Origin: a virus
Strand: one strand, 5' to 3'
DNA length: 64,000 nt
Virus record (IMG/VR): IMGVR_UViG_3300032293_001294
Coordinates: 1-64,000 of that record
Both the position numbers and the translations under genes were made by a program. The notes under the pieces are model-generated. The model made no database searches. It worked only from the letters and a program-made list of their open reading frames with translations, and was not told the origin of the DNA. Positions within the stretch are counted from its first letter, which is position 1, and each line of letters begins with the position of its first letter. Positions 9,423 to 18,950 of this stretch are shown here, one piece after another.

Positions 9423-10725
9423 TATAACCCCATAAAATTTCTACATTGTAACTTGTTAAAGGATCGTTTGTATTAATACTATTAGCATACCAACCATTAA
9501 CCCAACCTACTGGTTTATTAATTTCTAACACACGTGTTTTAATGATCAGTCGTTTACCTAGTACTGCTGGAAAAGCACCGGCTTCAATAGTAGTAACACT
9601 GTCTGGTATTACGATTTCAAATAAAGAAGGTGTAGCAGCAAATGCGTTTGCACGAATTGTAGTTAAACCTTGATTGAGTAAGATAGTATGTCCTTTAAAG
9701 CCATTAAATGCATTAGACTGCAGTTCTAAAATACTCTTAGGTAAATAAATACCTTGTGTTAACAAATCTGGTGTAGGTGGCGTAGGTGTCGTAATAAAAT
9801 TACTTTTAATTGTTTTAGCAATGATACTACCAATTTTTTCTGGAATAATTAAATTAATAAGTTTAGGTCTTGCATTTGTATTAATAGAAACTAAACCTAA
9901 ACTTGTAATATCCAAAGTATTAACAGAAGTCCAAAAAGCATATAAATTAAGATCAGCACGCATAGGTACTTTTATTCCACCAGTTACTCCAAGCTGTGCT
10001 ACTGTATAACCATTTGATGCTGTAACACCTGCGGCACGATGCTCTCTAGTCCAACCAGCAAACGTATATATAAACTGTCCATCTAAAGAAGCAAACTCAT
10101 TAAATCCTGCAAGAGGATATTTAATTGTAGCAACTTCATCATATAAATATACTTTACTGTCAATTGTAAAAGAATTACCTGCAGGTACATAAAGATTGTT
10201 GTTGTCTGGATAATAATTAATTCTGAATCTAAACGTAGGAATATTTAAGTTACGTTCATTGTGTTGAATAATACCTTGTGCCGTATCTAAACCAAAGAAT
10301 ACGCCTTGATCTGGGTTTTGTCTGAATTCAACAGGAACACTGTTAAACTCTTTTTGAAACATATCAAATAAACCTTCTTGCATTTCAAGTAAGTATTTAT
10401 TATAAATGGTTGTAAATTCTTCATCACGTGCTAGTATTTCTGCTGCAATGTAGGGGATAATTACACTATGAAAGTATTCTTCTTTGATGATTTCATACTC
10501 TGCAATTGTTTGTTCATCACCATTTTCATCTATTTCTATTTGAGGAATACTATAAGTATCAGTAGGCGTTTTTAAATACAGTGTAAGTTTAGGATACTTT
10601 GTACCCAAAAAACTATTGATCTTTGTAATAGCTTTGTCAGCATCGTACTTAATATCAAACCAAGTAAGGTTATACCTTAAGGTTAACTGATTAAGACGGT
10701 CAATTAGTTCTTGTTGTGTTAGCAT
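9415..10725 (-). CDS. Head-tail adaptor fused to InlB-B-like and BspA-type LRR domains
   Basis: Helical N-terminal adaptor-like ~150 aa; YTFAGW...LNLYAFW; IYLPKSILELQSNAF, LNQGLTTIRANAF, IVIPDSVTTIEAGAF. Confidence 0.6.
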   Translation of the reverse strand: MLTQQELIDRLNQLTLRYNLTWFDIKYDADKAITKINSFLGTKYPKLTLYLKTPTDTYSIPQIEIDENGDEQTIAEYEIIKEEYFHSVIIPYIAAEILARDEEFTTIYNKYLLEMQEGLFDMFQKEFNSVPVEFRQNPDQGVFFGLDTAQGIIQHNERNLNIPTFRFRINYYPDNNNLYVPAGNSFTIDSKVYLYDEVATIKYPLAGFNEFASLDGQFIYTFAGWTREHRAAGVTASNGYTVAQLGVTGGIKVPMRADLNLYAFWTSVNTLDITSLGLVSINTNARPKLINLIIPEKIGSIIAKTIKSNFITTPTPPTPDLLTQGIYLPKSILELQSNAFNGFKGHTILLNQGLTTIRANAFAATPSLFEIVIPDSVTTIEAGAFPAVLGKRLIIKTRVLEINKPVGWVNGWYANSINTNDPLTSYNVEILWGYNG

Positions 10726-10747
10726 TTCAAAAGGTCCTCACAGTTTG

Positions 10748-10758
10748 ATTATAACACA
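10748..10758 (-). promoter_or_regulatory. Extended -10 promoter TGTGTTATAAT
   Basis: Between the terminator and ATG 10725. Confidence 0.65.
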
Positions 10759-10785
10759 AAAGATTTTAAACAATAGTCCAATTAG

Positions 10786-10810
10786 TAAAAACACACCCGA
10801 AGGTGTGTTC
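10786..10810 (-). terminator. Intrinsic terminator with cUUCGg loop
   Basis: AACACACC-TTCG-GGTGTGTT followed by T tract, right after stop 10816. Confidence 0.85.
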
Positions 10811-10815
10811 TTATT

Positions 10816-11763
10816 TTACTTTTTACGTTCAGCTGCTTGAGATAACAAATCTGACAACGACGGTCCGCTATTATTAATAGGTTTAGGTTGTGCTGGTTGT
10901 GCTGGGTTTGCAACTGGTACTTTAGCTTGACGAGCACGTTCTTCTTCCCATTTAGTTTTAGCTTGTGTAACAGCAGTATCAATTTGTTGTTTTAACAACT
11001 TATCACGGTAAACAAGAATGTAGAGATCTTGTAAGTCTCCACCCTGTGCTAACCATTGGTATGGATTTTTCTTTACAGACATTGCGTCTTTAAAGAAGTT
11101 GTTAACTTCAGAACCTTTAATATTCATATTTTGTTGAAGATTAGTAAGGGCACGATCCATTGAAATTTGAAGTCTTTGCTTTTGAATTTCAACCTTTTCT
11201 CTATCAATACGTTCAATTTCAGCTTGAACTTCAGGGGTAATTCCTTTGGCTTCTGCTTTAATTTTAGTATCAGATTGATCCATTGCTTTAGTTAAAGCAT
11301 CATAATCGATCTTACCTTCCTTCATGAATTCTTTAAGTTTAAATTCATAAGTTCCAGTAGTATACCGTTGTACAAGCGCTTCAATCTTTTCTTTACTAGC
11401 TTTTTCAGTAGCATACTTATCCCGAATTTCTTTCATCGGGTTTATTTTGCCGTCTTTCTTTTCTTCTGGTTTAATATCTGCTGGTTTAACCTCAGCCGAT
11501 TTAACTTCAGTTGTAGCGGGTGCTGATGTTTCAGTTGCTGGTTTTGCAGGTGTTGGTTCAGCTAACTTTGCTTGTACCAATTGATCAGCTGCTTTATCAG
11601 TAGCAGTAGCAGTAGCTGCTTCAACTTTAGGTTGTTCAGTTGTCGTCGTATTGTTGACAACTGGAGCATCAGCAGTTGCTGGAGCTGGGGTTGGAGCTGC
11701 TGCAGTTGGTTTATTACCTGCAGCTTGACTTAACACGTCATTTAAACTAATTTTGTCTGCCAT
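10816..11763 (-). CDS. Putative capsid scaffolding protein
   Basis: Disordered A/P/T/E/K N-terminal third, helical charged core, downstream of portal. Confidence 0.6.
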   Translation of the reverse strand: MADKISLNDVLSQAAGNKPTAAAPTPAPATADAPVVNNTTTTEQPKVEAATATATDKAADQLVQAKLAEPTPAKPATETSAPATTEVKSAEVKPADIKPEEKKDGKINPMKEIRDKYATEKASKEKIEALVQRYTTGTYEFKLKEFMKEGKIDYDALTKAMDQSDTKIKAEAKGITPEVQAEIERIDREKVEIQKQRLQISMDRALTNLQQNMNIKGSEVNNFFKDAMSVKKNPYQWLAQGGDLQDLYILVYRDKLLKQQIDTAVTQAKTKWEEERARQAKVPVANPAQPAQPKPINNSGPSLSDLLSQAAERKK

Positions 11764-11918
11764 TATTGTTTACCTCCTTCAGGTTTTTTTGGCTCTTGAG
11801 CATTGAGGGTTTCCACAATGTTTTCAATAAACTTAGCGACTTGATCATATGGTAGTCTGGCTAGTGAGTTTAAAATGACTTTAACTTCTTCGACTGTGAA
11901 TTCAAATTTGTACTTCAT
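11763..11918 (-). CDS. 51-aa hypothetical protein (not in ORF track)
   Basis: AAGGAG RBS; MKYKFEFTVEEVKVILNSLARLPYDQVAKFIENIV...; TAATG overlap with scaffold. Confidence 0.65.
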   Translation of the reverse strand: MKYKFEFTVEEVKVILNSLARLPYDQVAKFIENIVETLNAQEPKKPEGGKQ

Positions 11919-11920
11919 GT

Positions 11921-12274
11921 TTATTTTTCTCCTTTAAACATTTTTAATAAATCGATGTATATTTTGGCTTCAATAATAGACTTGTCTATTTTATCTTGCA
12001 TAAACTTTTCAACTTCTTTGTCAGATGCTAGTACTTGGTTATCTTTGATAATGTTTTGAATATCTCGAATAGTTGCAAGGTTTACATCAAGACTTTGATC
12101 AACTATAGCAGTGGGTTTTGGAATGTGTATATCAGGGACTTTTTTACCTAAAGATACTTTTGAAACATACGACGCTGATACACCATACTTTTTAGCAACA
12201 TCTTTGTTTAGCATTCCTAATCCTACGTCGGCTAGAATTTGCATATCAATTTCTGCACTAATTCGTTTTGGCAT
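11921..12274 (-). CDS. HTH DNA-binding protein
   Basis: GMLNKDVAKKYGVSASYVSKV helix-turn-helix; AAGGAGG RBS. Confidence 0.7.
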   Translation of the reverse strand: MPKRISAEIDMQILADVGLGMLNKDVAKKYGVSASYVSKVSLGKKVPDIHIPKPTAIVDQSLDVNLATIRDIQNIIKDNQVLASDKEVEKFMQDKIDKSIIEAKIYIDLLKMFKGEK

Positions 12275-13496
12275 TTTGCACCTCCTTTAACTCTTTAGGT
12301 ATATCTTTCTTTAAGTCCGCTAAGTAAAGGAGTCCAATTGCACGTCGACTAATCAAGTTATTAACAAGTTGCGTATCCATAAATACATTACTGTAATCAA
12401 TTGACAATGGTATTTGTAAGATAAGCGGTGCAATCTTAGATATCGCATTGACAACAATCCAGAAGGGATCTTGTTGATAAGAAGATACGGCAGTTACTGT
12501 AAATAAAACTGCGAATAAGAATGTATTAATAAGTGCCCATAAAACTTTACTACCTGCATCTTTAGCAATACGTTTTTCGTTACTATTAATTAATGAGTAA
12601 CTGTCAACACTTAATCCAGAATTATCACTGCCATTGTAAACAAACATTGGACTAATGTACTTAAAGTGTTTAACGTGTCCATCCACAACATATTCTTTAA
12701 TGTATGAATCATCTAACAATTGTAGTAGACGTTCTTTCTTTTTAATATAACGACGTTCTTTCCAGGAAAGTTTACCGATTATTTTAAGTGATGATGCAGC
12801 GTCTTCAGGTTTATTACGTAATGTTTCAAAGTATGTTTTAAGTTTTTTACGAACTTCATAAGTTGTTTTTTGTTCTAACTTATCAATATTATACTTAACA
12901 TTAGTTTTATGTTGTTGGATTTTACGATGGTAGTTAAACACATCATGTATCCATGGTTCAAATGTAACAGGGTCTAAATGTTTTTCAGTCATATCTTCGA
13001 CTTGGTTTGACAAATCAACATAACGTTTGTATTTATCTTTAGCTAAAACAATTAAGTAGTTGAATAAACTATAAAACAAAATAATAGCAGAACCAATTGA
13101 AATAGTCGTAGACACGTACCAAAATGGATATTCAAAAAAGAATTGTGTATACACTTGTACTTTAAAATTGTCTGGTATTTCTACTTCAAACGGGTTTGTA
13201 CCCGGATTATCAATAACGTACGTCGTTATATATAGATTTATATTTTGTTGAGAGAACCATGTTAAACGATAGTTTACGTTTTCTGCTTTCATGATTTCAT
13301 ACTCACCATACGTACGATCAACAGCGCTAACTGTGTATTGCGCTTGTCCTTCGATAACCGGCAACACACCGTTAATACCAAGTACAATCAACAAAGACAA
13401 AAGTAAAAATATAACACTTCGTGACTTTTTGTTTGTCACAATCTGCGATGCTTTTTCCACCGCTTGTTCTACTTTTGATTGTCTTACTTCTGCCAT
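12258..13496 (-). CDS. Multi-pass membrane protein
   Basis: Two N-terminal and about two C-terminal TM segments around a basic soluble domain. Confidence 0.6.
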   Translation of the reverse strand: MAEVRQSKVEQAVEKASQIVTNKKSRSVIFLLLSLLIVLGINGVLPVIEGQAQYTVSAVDRTYGEYEIMKAENVNYRLTWFSQQNINLYITTYVIDNPGTNPFEVEIPDNFKVQVYTQFFFEYPFWYVSTTISIGSAIILFYSLFNYLIVLAKDKYKRYVDLSNQVEDMTEKHLDPVTFEPWIHDVFNYHRKIQQHKTNVKYNIDKLEQKTTYEVRKKLKTYFETLRNKPEDAASSLKIIGKLSWKERRYIKKKERLLQLLDDSYIKEYVVDGHVKHFKYISPMFVYNGSDNSGLSVDSYSLINSNEKRIAKDAGSKVLWALINTFLFAVLFTVTAVSSYQQDPFWIVVNAISKIAPLILQIPLSIDYSNVFMDTQLVNNLISRRAIGLLYLADLKKDIPKELKEVQNAKTN

Positions 13497-13497
13497 A

Positions 13498-13731
13498 TTA
13501 AATATCCGTTAATGTAAAAGTTGCTTTTTTAACAAGATCGTATTGATCATCACGTTCTTTAACTTCTGTATAAGTAGCAGTGATTGGCTCACGTACATCC
13601 GCTAACCAAACTGTTAAAGCAAAAGCTTCAGGTGTTTGTAGAGTAGCAGGAATGGTAAGTTTGCCAAATGCAACAACTGAACGAACATCAACAGCTACAT
13701 CTTTTAATTCTACGAATCTAATCTGTTCCAT
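13498..13731 (-). CDS. Hypothetical protein
   Basis: AAGGAGG RBS, compact ORF. Confidence 0.6.
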   Translation of the reverse strand: MEQIRFVELKDVAVDVRSVVAFGKLTIPATLQTPEAFALTVWLADVREPITATYTEVKERDDQYDLVKKATFTLTDI

Positions 13732-13745
13732 ATTTATTTTCCTCC

Positions 13746-14180
13746 TTAAATGTGGATGACGTATTCTATTTGTGTATCTTTACTTTTAAGTACTTTAGCT
13801 TTAATAAATTTAGCTAATGTTTGCATGCGTTTATTTTCTAAATGTACAATAAAGTGTATTGGTCTTATATACATTTTTAACTGGATAATCATTTCAAGTA
13901 ACACAGGTAATGATCCTAAACGATGCTTTGGATCTACATACATTTCTGTAATAAATAATTCATTATCATTATTTAAATCGAAGCTAGTAAATCCAATTGT
14001 TTTTCCTTCGTCATTAAGAAGCATCACGCACTCACCTTTAATAACTTTATAATGTAAGTTAGTTAGTTTTACAAAAAAGTGTTGATTATCAAAGAATAAT
14101 AATTTTTTATCTTCTTCAGACATTTGACCAAACATTTCAATAACTTTATATAAGTCAGGGTGGCTGCTGTAATGTATCAT
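13746..14180 (-). CDS. GNAT-like acetyltransferase
   Basis: GKTIGF...ELFITEMYVDPKHR.G (motif A-like) and VHLENKRMQ (motif B-like). Confidence 0.6.
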   Translation of the reverse strand: MIHYSSHPDLYKVIEMFGQMSEEDKKLLFFDNQHFFVKLTNLHYKVIKGECVMLLNDEGKTIGFTSFDLNNDNELFITEMYVDPKHRLGSLPVLLEMIIQLKMYIRPIHFIVHLENKRMQTLAKFIKAKVLKSKDTQIEYVIHI

Positions 14181-14461
14181 CCGATGTTAGGATCCCATCC
14201 ACCGTCATCATCCTCATAAGGATTTTCAGGTTCTTGTGTTACTTCTTCATAATCAACGTCTCCATCAAAATCAACGTAGTTGTCTGTATTAGTAGGCGTA
14301 TCAACAACTATATTTTTTTCTTTAGAAGTTACTACAATTTTGTTGGCTTTACAATTTGTACATAAGAAGATATCAATAATTTTATTTAAACCTTCTATTT
14401 TACTTAACAACAAACTAAATCTAGTACCTTCGCATTTATCACATCTTAGCGGTTTTGACAT
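14177..14461 (-). CDS. Zinc-ribbon protein with acidic tail
   Basis: CDKC...CTNC; D/E-rich C-terminus. Confidence 0.6.
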   Translation of the reverse strand: MSKPLRCDKCEGTRFSLLLSKIEGLNKIIDIFLCTNCKANKIVVTSKEKNIVVDTPTNTDNYVDFDGDVDYEEVTQEPENPYEDDDGGWDPNIG

Positions 14462-14927
14462 CTTTACCTGGGTCCTCCTCTTTGACTTCTTTGGCTAAGT
14501 CTTCAATAAAGCGCTTGTGATCAGCAGCTTCATCAGGTTTCATTTCAGTAACAAGCGTTTGTTGATGTTTAATAGCCTCGCTAATAAATTCAATATCAGG
14601 AAATAAATCTTTTAAAGTGTTATTAAACACATCTGAGATTGCTTGATAAATGGCTTTACGGGTAACATATAATGCGTTATCGTTTTTTTCATCTTTAAAA
14701 ATATAAGCTTTGGCCTCGACTTCAGCTTTAGTTGCTGGACGTAATACAGGTAAGTCTGCTAGAATTGCAGTCAAACCAACTTTGACACTACTAAGCATAA
14801 CGTTTAAATATGGTTTAATATCAGTCATCACACCACGTTTTTGTTTAGGAACAATACGTGCTTCTAGCTCACCTTTAATCATATCTGCAGCGAATGAGAT
14901 TTTAATTACGTCAGTCTTTTTTGGCAT
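14439..14927 (-). CDS. Hypothetical protein
   Basis: AAGGAGG RBS; promoter at 14949. Confidence 0.6.
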   Translation of the reverse strand: MPKKTDVIKISFAADMIKGELEARIVPKQKRGVMTDIKPYLNVMLSSVKVGLTAILADLPVLRPATKAEVEAKAYIFKDEKNDNALYVTRKAIYQAISDVFNNTLKDLFPDIEFISEAIKHQQTLVTEMKPDEAADHKRFIEDLAKEVKEEDPGKDVKTAKM

Positions 14928-14948
14928 AAAGCCTCCTTGGTTTTCTTA

Positions 14949-14959
14949 AGTATATCATA
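14949..14959 (-). promoter_or_regulatory. Extended -10 promoter TATGATATACT
   Basis: Downstream of the portal terminator, upstream of RBS. Confidence 0.6.
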
Positions 14960-14964
14960 CCATA

Positions 14965-14997
14965 TAAAAAACACAAGATGTGTATATCTTGTGTTCT
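14965..14997 (-). terminator. Intrinsic terminator after portal
   Basis: AACACAAGAT-loop-ATCTTGTGTT with T tract on the minus strand. Confidence 0.75.
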
Positions 14998-15019
14998 TTG
15001 TGTAAACTTTTACAATTGT

Positions 15020-16819
15020 CTACTTAAACCCTTGTCCCATACCAGGATCTTGTTGAATCGCATTCTTTTCTTCGATTAAGATAGTAATTGCTTGTTGGGC
15101 TGCTTGTTCTTCAGATAATCCTTGTGATAGTAATCGGCTGAATATAGAAGCAAAGTTGGTAAGATCAGCTACTAAAGTTTCTGCTGTACTATCTTGTTGT
15201 TCTTTTTCAAGACGTTGTAAGAATAAGTCTTTTTGTGGGAAGTCTGAGTACTTGACTAAATCTTGTGGAGTAATGATTTGTGGTTTAATTTGATACTGTG
15301 CTTGCATCTCATAGAGTGCTTTAGCTGAATCAAACAAGTTGGCTTGGTTCATTGGAAGCAGTGTCGATGCTGCAATATTGTAGTCAAATTTCATACCTCG
15401 TGCTCTTAACTCATTAAATTTAATTGTACTTTGATCAATAACACGGTTAGTGCCTGTAGCTGATAGTTTAGGTACAATATAAGATTTTTCACCACCATAA
15501 GCAAAGTAATATTCAAGTACTAATTTAGTTAAGTCTTCACAAAATTCTTCAAGTAATGTAATACGGCTGTTATCGGTTAACATGGTTACACGTGCTTGAA
15601 ATGCTTGAGTTGCGCCAGTTGTTTGAATACTATTTGTCATACGACCTTTATAGTATGGGTCAACACCTGTAACTTGAAAGATTGAATTTTCTAAACGTTG
15701 TTTAATATTACCTAAGTCAGGAATGACTGGAACGTCAACATAGTAAACTAAGTTACGTGGATCGCCTTTGGTTTCAAAAGAAGCTCCAGGAGTGCCACCG
15801 TAGTCAGCAAAGGAACGCATATTAATACGTCCATCTGTATTAACAAATCGTACCCGATTAAGTACACGATAAGGTTGGGTTGCTTCCATAGAGTCTAGCA
15901 TGTTAAGAGCAATAACAGTGTTAAGAACTTTATTTAATTTTGAATTTCCGTAAGGATTTGCATCTGGGCGTTGAGGACTATAACAAACAATAGGAAAACG
16001 TTTAAGTGGAATGTTTAAGTTTTCGTAGATAATCGTATCTTCGTTAAGTATAAAGATTTGATCGATTGTTCCTTTTTCATTACGAATAAAACATTCAATA
16101 AGAGAAACTACTTTATTGTCAGTAACTACTTGATTTGCATCTACATTAGCATTAGGAATTTTTTGATTAAGAGGATCTTTCGGAATACCATAAGATCCAT
16201 AACCACCTAATTTGTTTTGAGCAGTTTTGTCTGTAATCGCACCTTTATTTCTTTTAATAAACTCTTCAACAGGTTCTTTAAAATTAGGATTAGTTACAAG
16301 GGTATAAACATTAACAGCTCTTTCAATAAAAATAGCTTCACCATTTTTATATGAATCCACACTTGGGTCAAAATAAAGTTCATCAGGAGACAATGCTTTA
16401 AGTTTAATATGATTATCAGTGGCATCCCAATCTACACGCATTGCTCCTAAATTATATAACTCTGCGTTTTCACCAACATGTAAAAATTTATTTTTCATTC
16501 CCCAACGATTCCAGTTGTACGAAATGAATGCATTAAGATCTTGTACAGTTTTTTCATCCTTAGCAAACCGTGGAGTAATAGTGCCGATAAAAGCACCACT
16601 ATAAATAGAGTTCATATACCCTTGAACAACATATTCTAAATAATTCCAGTCAGGTGTAATAGAATATTCTTTTAAATTCTTTTTAAATAAAGTCCAAAAT
16701 TCACCTTTATATAAAGAACGAATAAGCCGCCACTCGCTTAAAATGCCTTGTTTATAAGCACGATACTCATCAAACATTTGTTTAATACGAAAAACATCAT
16801 AAGTAAAATTTTTTGTCAT
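15020..16819 (-). CDS. Portal protein (podovirus / P22-like)
   Basis: 599 aa after terminase; LSPDELYFDP, RFPIV...PYGNS, QVTGV..YYKG...TTGATQ pattern. Confidence 0.85.
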   Translation of the reverse strand: MTKNFTYDVFRIKQMFDEYRAYKQGILSEWRLIRSLYKGEFWTLFKKNLKEYSITPDWNYLEYVVQGYMNSIYSGAFIGTITPRFAKDEKTVQDLNAFISYNWNRWGMKNKFLHVGENAELYNLGAMRVDWDATDNHIKLKALSPDELYFDPSVDSYKNGEAIFIERAVNVYTLVTNPNFKEPVEEFIKRNKGAITDKTAQNKLGGYGSYGIPKDPLNQKIPNANVDANQVVTDNKVVSLIECFIRNEKGTIDQIFILNEDTIIYENLNIPLKRFPIVCYSPQRPDANPYGNSKLNKVLNTVIALNMLDSMEATQPYRVLNRVRFVNTDGRINMRSFADYGGTPGASFETKGDPRNLVYYVDVPVIPDLGNIKQRLENSIFQVTGVDPYYKGRMTNSIQTTGATQAFQARVTMLTDNSRITLLEEFCEDLTKLVLEYYFAYGGEKSYIVPKLSATGTNRVIDQSTIKFNELRARGMKFDYNIAASTLLPMNQANLFDSAKALYEMQAQYQIKPQIITPQDLVKYSDFPQKDLFLQRLEKEQQDSTAETLVADLTNFASIFSRLLSQGLSEEQAAQQAITILIEEKNAIQQDPGMGQGFK

Positions 16820-17229
16820 TAATTCTTACCGTCCTTTACTTCAACACCTGTCATAATTTCCTGAAGTGTTTTGTCTAAAGCATCTTTTGTTTTTTGTGTA
16901 CTAGCAATAATTGCGTCTTCAATTTGTTTTAAACGAATACGTTCTTTTTTCTCTAATTCTTTTTTTTGTTGTTCACTTAATTCTTCTTGTGCTTCTTCTG
17001 GATTATCAGCTAATGTATTGTGTTGAGCAGCTTCAATAATAGCTTGAACAGGTCCGCTGATGTCTCCAACGTTATCTGCTTCTTTATTTCGGGATCCACG
17101 CACTGAGCGGTTTGTGGAAATCTTCTTCGTCGGTTTTTTCAGAATCTTCATCAAAAACACTGCTTGCAGTGATAACGCTGCTGCTACCAGTATAAGTGAT
17201 ATTGCTATTAAAGCCATCAGAATTTCCAT
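16819..17229 (-). CDS. Membrane-anchored protein overlapping the terminase 3' end
   Basis: AAGGAG RBS inside the terminase gene; N-terminal TM followed by basic residues. Confidence 0.6.
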   Translation of the reverse strand: MEILMALIAISLILVAAALSLQAVFLMKILKKPTKKISTNRSVRGSRNKEADNVGDISGPVQAIIEAAQHNTLADNPEEAQEELSEQQKKELEKKERIRLKQIEDAIIASTQKTKDALDKTLQEIMTGVEVKDGKN

Positions 17230-18949
17230 TGTTTGTGTTCTCCTTTAATGGGTCGTAATAAGTCGAGGTCTTTTTAATTATAGCATTCTTTTGTTTATCA
17301 TGGATGAAACTTTTGCCACTTGGTAAAAATACATTAAGCCTTAGTTCTTGTAAATTATGTGGAAGTTCTACTACAATAAACTCTAAAGCTGTGATCCCGT
17401 GGTCTCGTCCGTCTTCTGGTTTACCTGTAGGTGCTCCACTTTTATCTAATAAGAACTTATAGTTTAAAGCTTCGTCAATTAAAAACTCACAAGTAGAATA
17501 CACTTCAACTTGATTGTGATTAAGTAATGAGTTCATTTTAATAATACGCGCATCGTGGCTTGCAAAGGATGGTTCAAAGTATAAACCTTCATCTTCAAAC
17601 ATACTGCCAATAGTAACCAAGTTACTTTCACGTTTACTATAACTGCGTCCGTCAAACTTAGGCATCATAAGCAGTCCATCTAAATCTGTACCATTAAGCT
17701 TTGTTTCTTTACGATACTCTTTAGCAATGGTTTTAATGTCAGAGTTATTAATACGTAACTCATCATAAACGTATAACTTCTTTGTTTCAGTAGAAAATGC
17801 TCCATAAACAATGTGTGTTGGATCATTAATCCCATAGTCTACACCAATAAGATAGTACAAAACTCTACGACCAGATTCATCAAAAGCTCTTGGTAATGGG
17901 TGTGGTGGTACAATGCAAACACCAAAGTTTGGAAATACTAAGTTACTTGAGAAGTTAAACGAACCTTTATAGAACTGTTGAATATATGCTTGCGACTTAC
18001 CACGTGTTTGTTCTTCTTCGTATGTTGCTGGTAGAAATGGGTTAGCACTTGTAGAAATAATCTGTGTATACTTTTGTGGATCACGTTCTTTATTAAACTT
18101 ATAACCCTCGTTATACGCGTCTCCATAAAACTCTACTGTCGCAGAATCTAAAAGAAACTTTGATTTAACCCAACCAGAATCTGGGTTTGTTTCTAGATTA
18201 ATGTGACGTGCGTCAACGCGATACTTGGGTTTATATACTTGTTGATTAGGATCCCATTGCATTTTAGGTTGTCCATTTTCGTCAACTTCAGGAATCATTG
18301 CGGCTGTATTACGAATACGAGATTGCAACATCGTAAACCCTGCGAACTGTACATCCGATGATTCAACAATCACAGCCATTGTTAAGTTAATCGATTTAAG
18401 TTTTGTTTCGTCATCAAATGAGCGGAATAAAATTTCTGAACCGTTGGTTAATTGAAGTTCATGTTTCTGATCGTTTTTACGTCTCACCAATTTTTCAGGA
18501 AATATACTGTAGAATTCTTTAACAAAGGTTGCTTCAAGAGCTGGGTATGTACGTGCTGTTACAGCAACACGTGCGTTTTGAATTAACATAATATGTTTGA
18601 TGACATCTTCAATGTTAGCTCTAGATTTACCCGAACCGTAACCACCTGCTGTCATTTTATAACGCTCACGTCTACGCAAGAACATTGCTTGGTATGCTGT
18701 AGGTTTAAATGTATTAATTAATGTTCCACACTGAGGGCATTCCTTAAACGTTAAACTTTCACTGCCGTTAATTGCTTTAGCTGGCACTAAAGGTTTATTA
18801 CAGCGTGGGCAGTGATGTAAACTATCCACACGAATAACTTGTGGCTTTGCTTCTTCAAGAGAAGGTACAAGTGCAGGCTGAACAATATCAAACACTTCTC
18901 CAGTATCTTGATCAACAAATCGTTGCGTATCAATGATTGACTTTGGCAT
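17084..18949 (-). CDS. terL: Terminase large subunit with N-terminal Zn ribbon
   Basis: Walker A AGGYGSGKS, ETNPD coupling motif, nuclease IGVDYG.NDPT and DGRDHGITA; CPRC/CPQC. Confidence 0.92.
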   Translation of the reverse strand: MPKSIIDTQRFVDQDTGEVFDIVQPALVPSLEEAKPQVIRVDSLHHCPRCNKPLVPAKAINGSESLTFKECPQCGTLINTFKPTAYQAMFLRRRERYKMTAGGYGSGKSRANIEDVIKHIMLIQNARVAVTARTYPALEATFVKEFYSIFPEKLVRRKNDQKHELQLTNGSEILFRSFDDETKLKSINLTMAVIVESSDVQFAGFTMLQSRIRNTAAMIPEVDENGQPKMQWDPNQQVYKPKYRVDARHINLETNPDSGWVKSKFLLDSATVEFYGDAYNEGYKFNKERDPQKYTQIISTSANPFLPATYEEEQTRGKSQAYIQQFYKGSFNFSSNLVFPNFGVCIVPPHPLPRAFDESGRRVLYYLIGVDYGINDPTHIVYGAFSTETKKLYVYDELRINNSDIKTIAKEYRKETKLNGTDLDGLLMMPKFDGRSYSKRESNLVTIGSMFEDEGLYFEPSFASHDARIIKMNSLLNHNQVEVYSTCEFLIDEALNYKFLLDKSGAPTGKPEDGRDHGITALEFIVVELPHNLQELRLNVFLPSGKSFIHDKQKNAIIKKTSTYYDPLKENTNNGNSDGFNSNITYTGSSSVITASSVFDEDSEKTDEEDFHKPLSAWIPK

Positions 18950-18950
18950 A

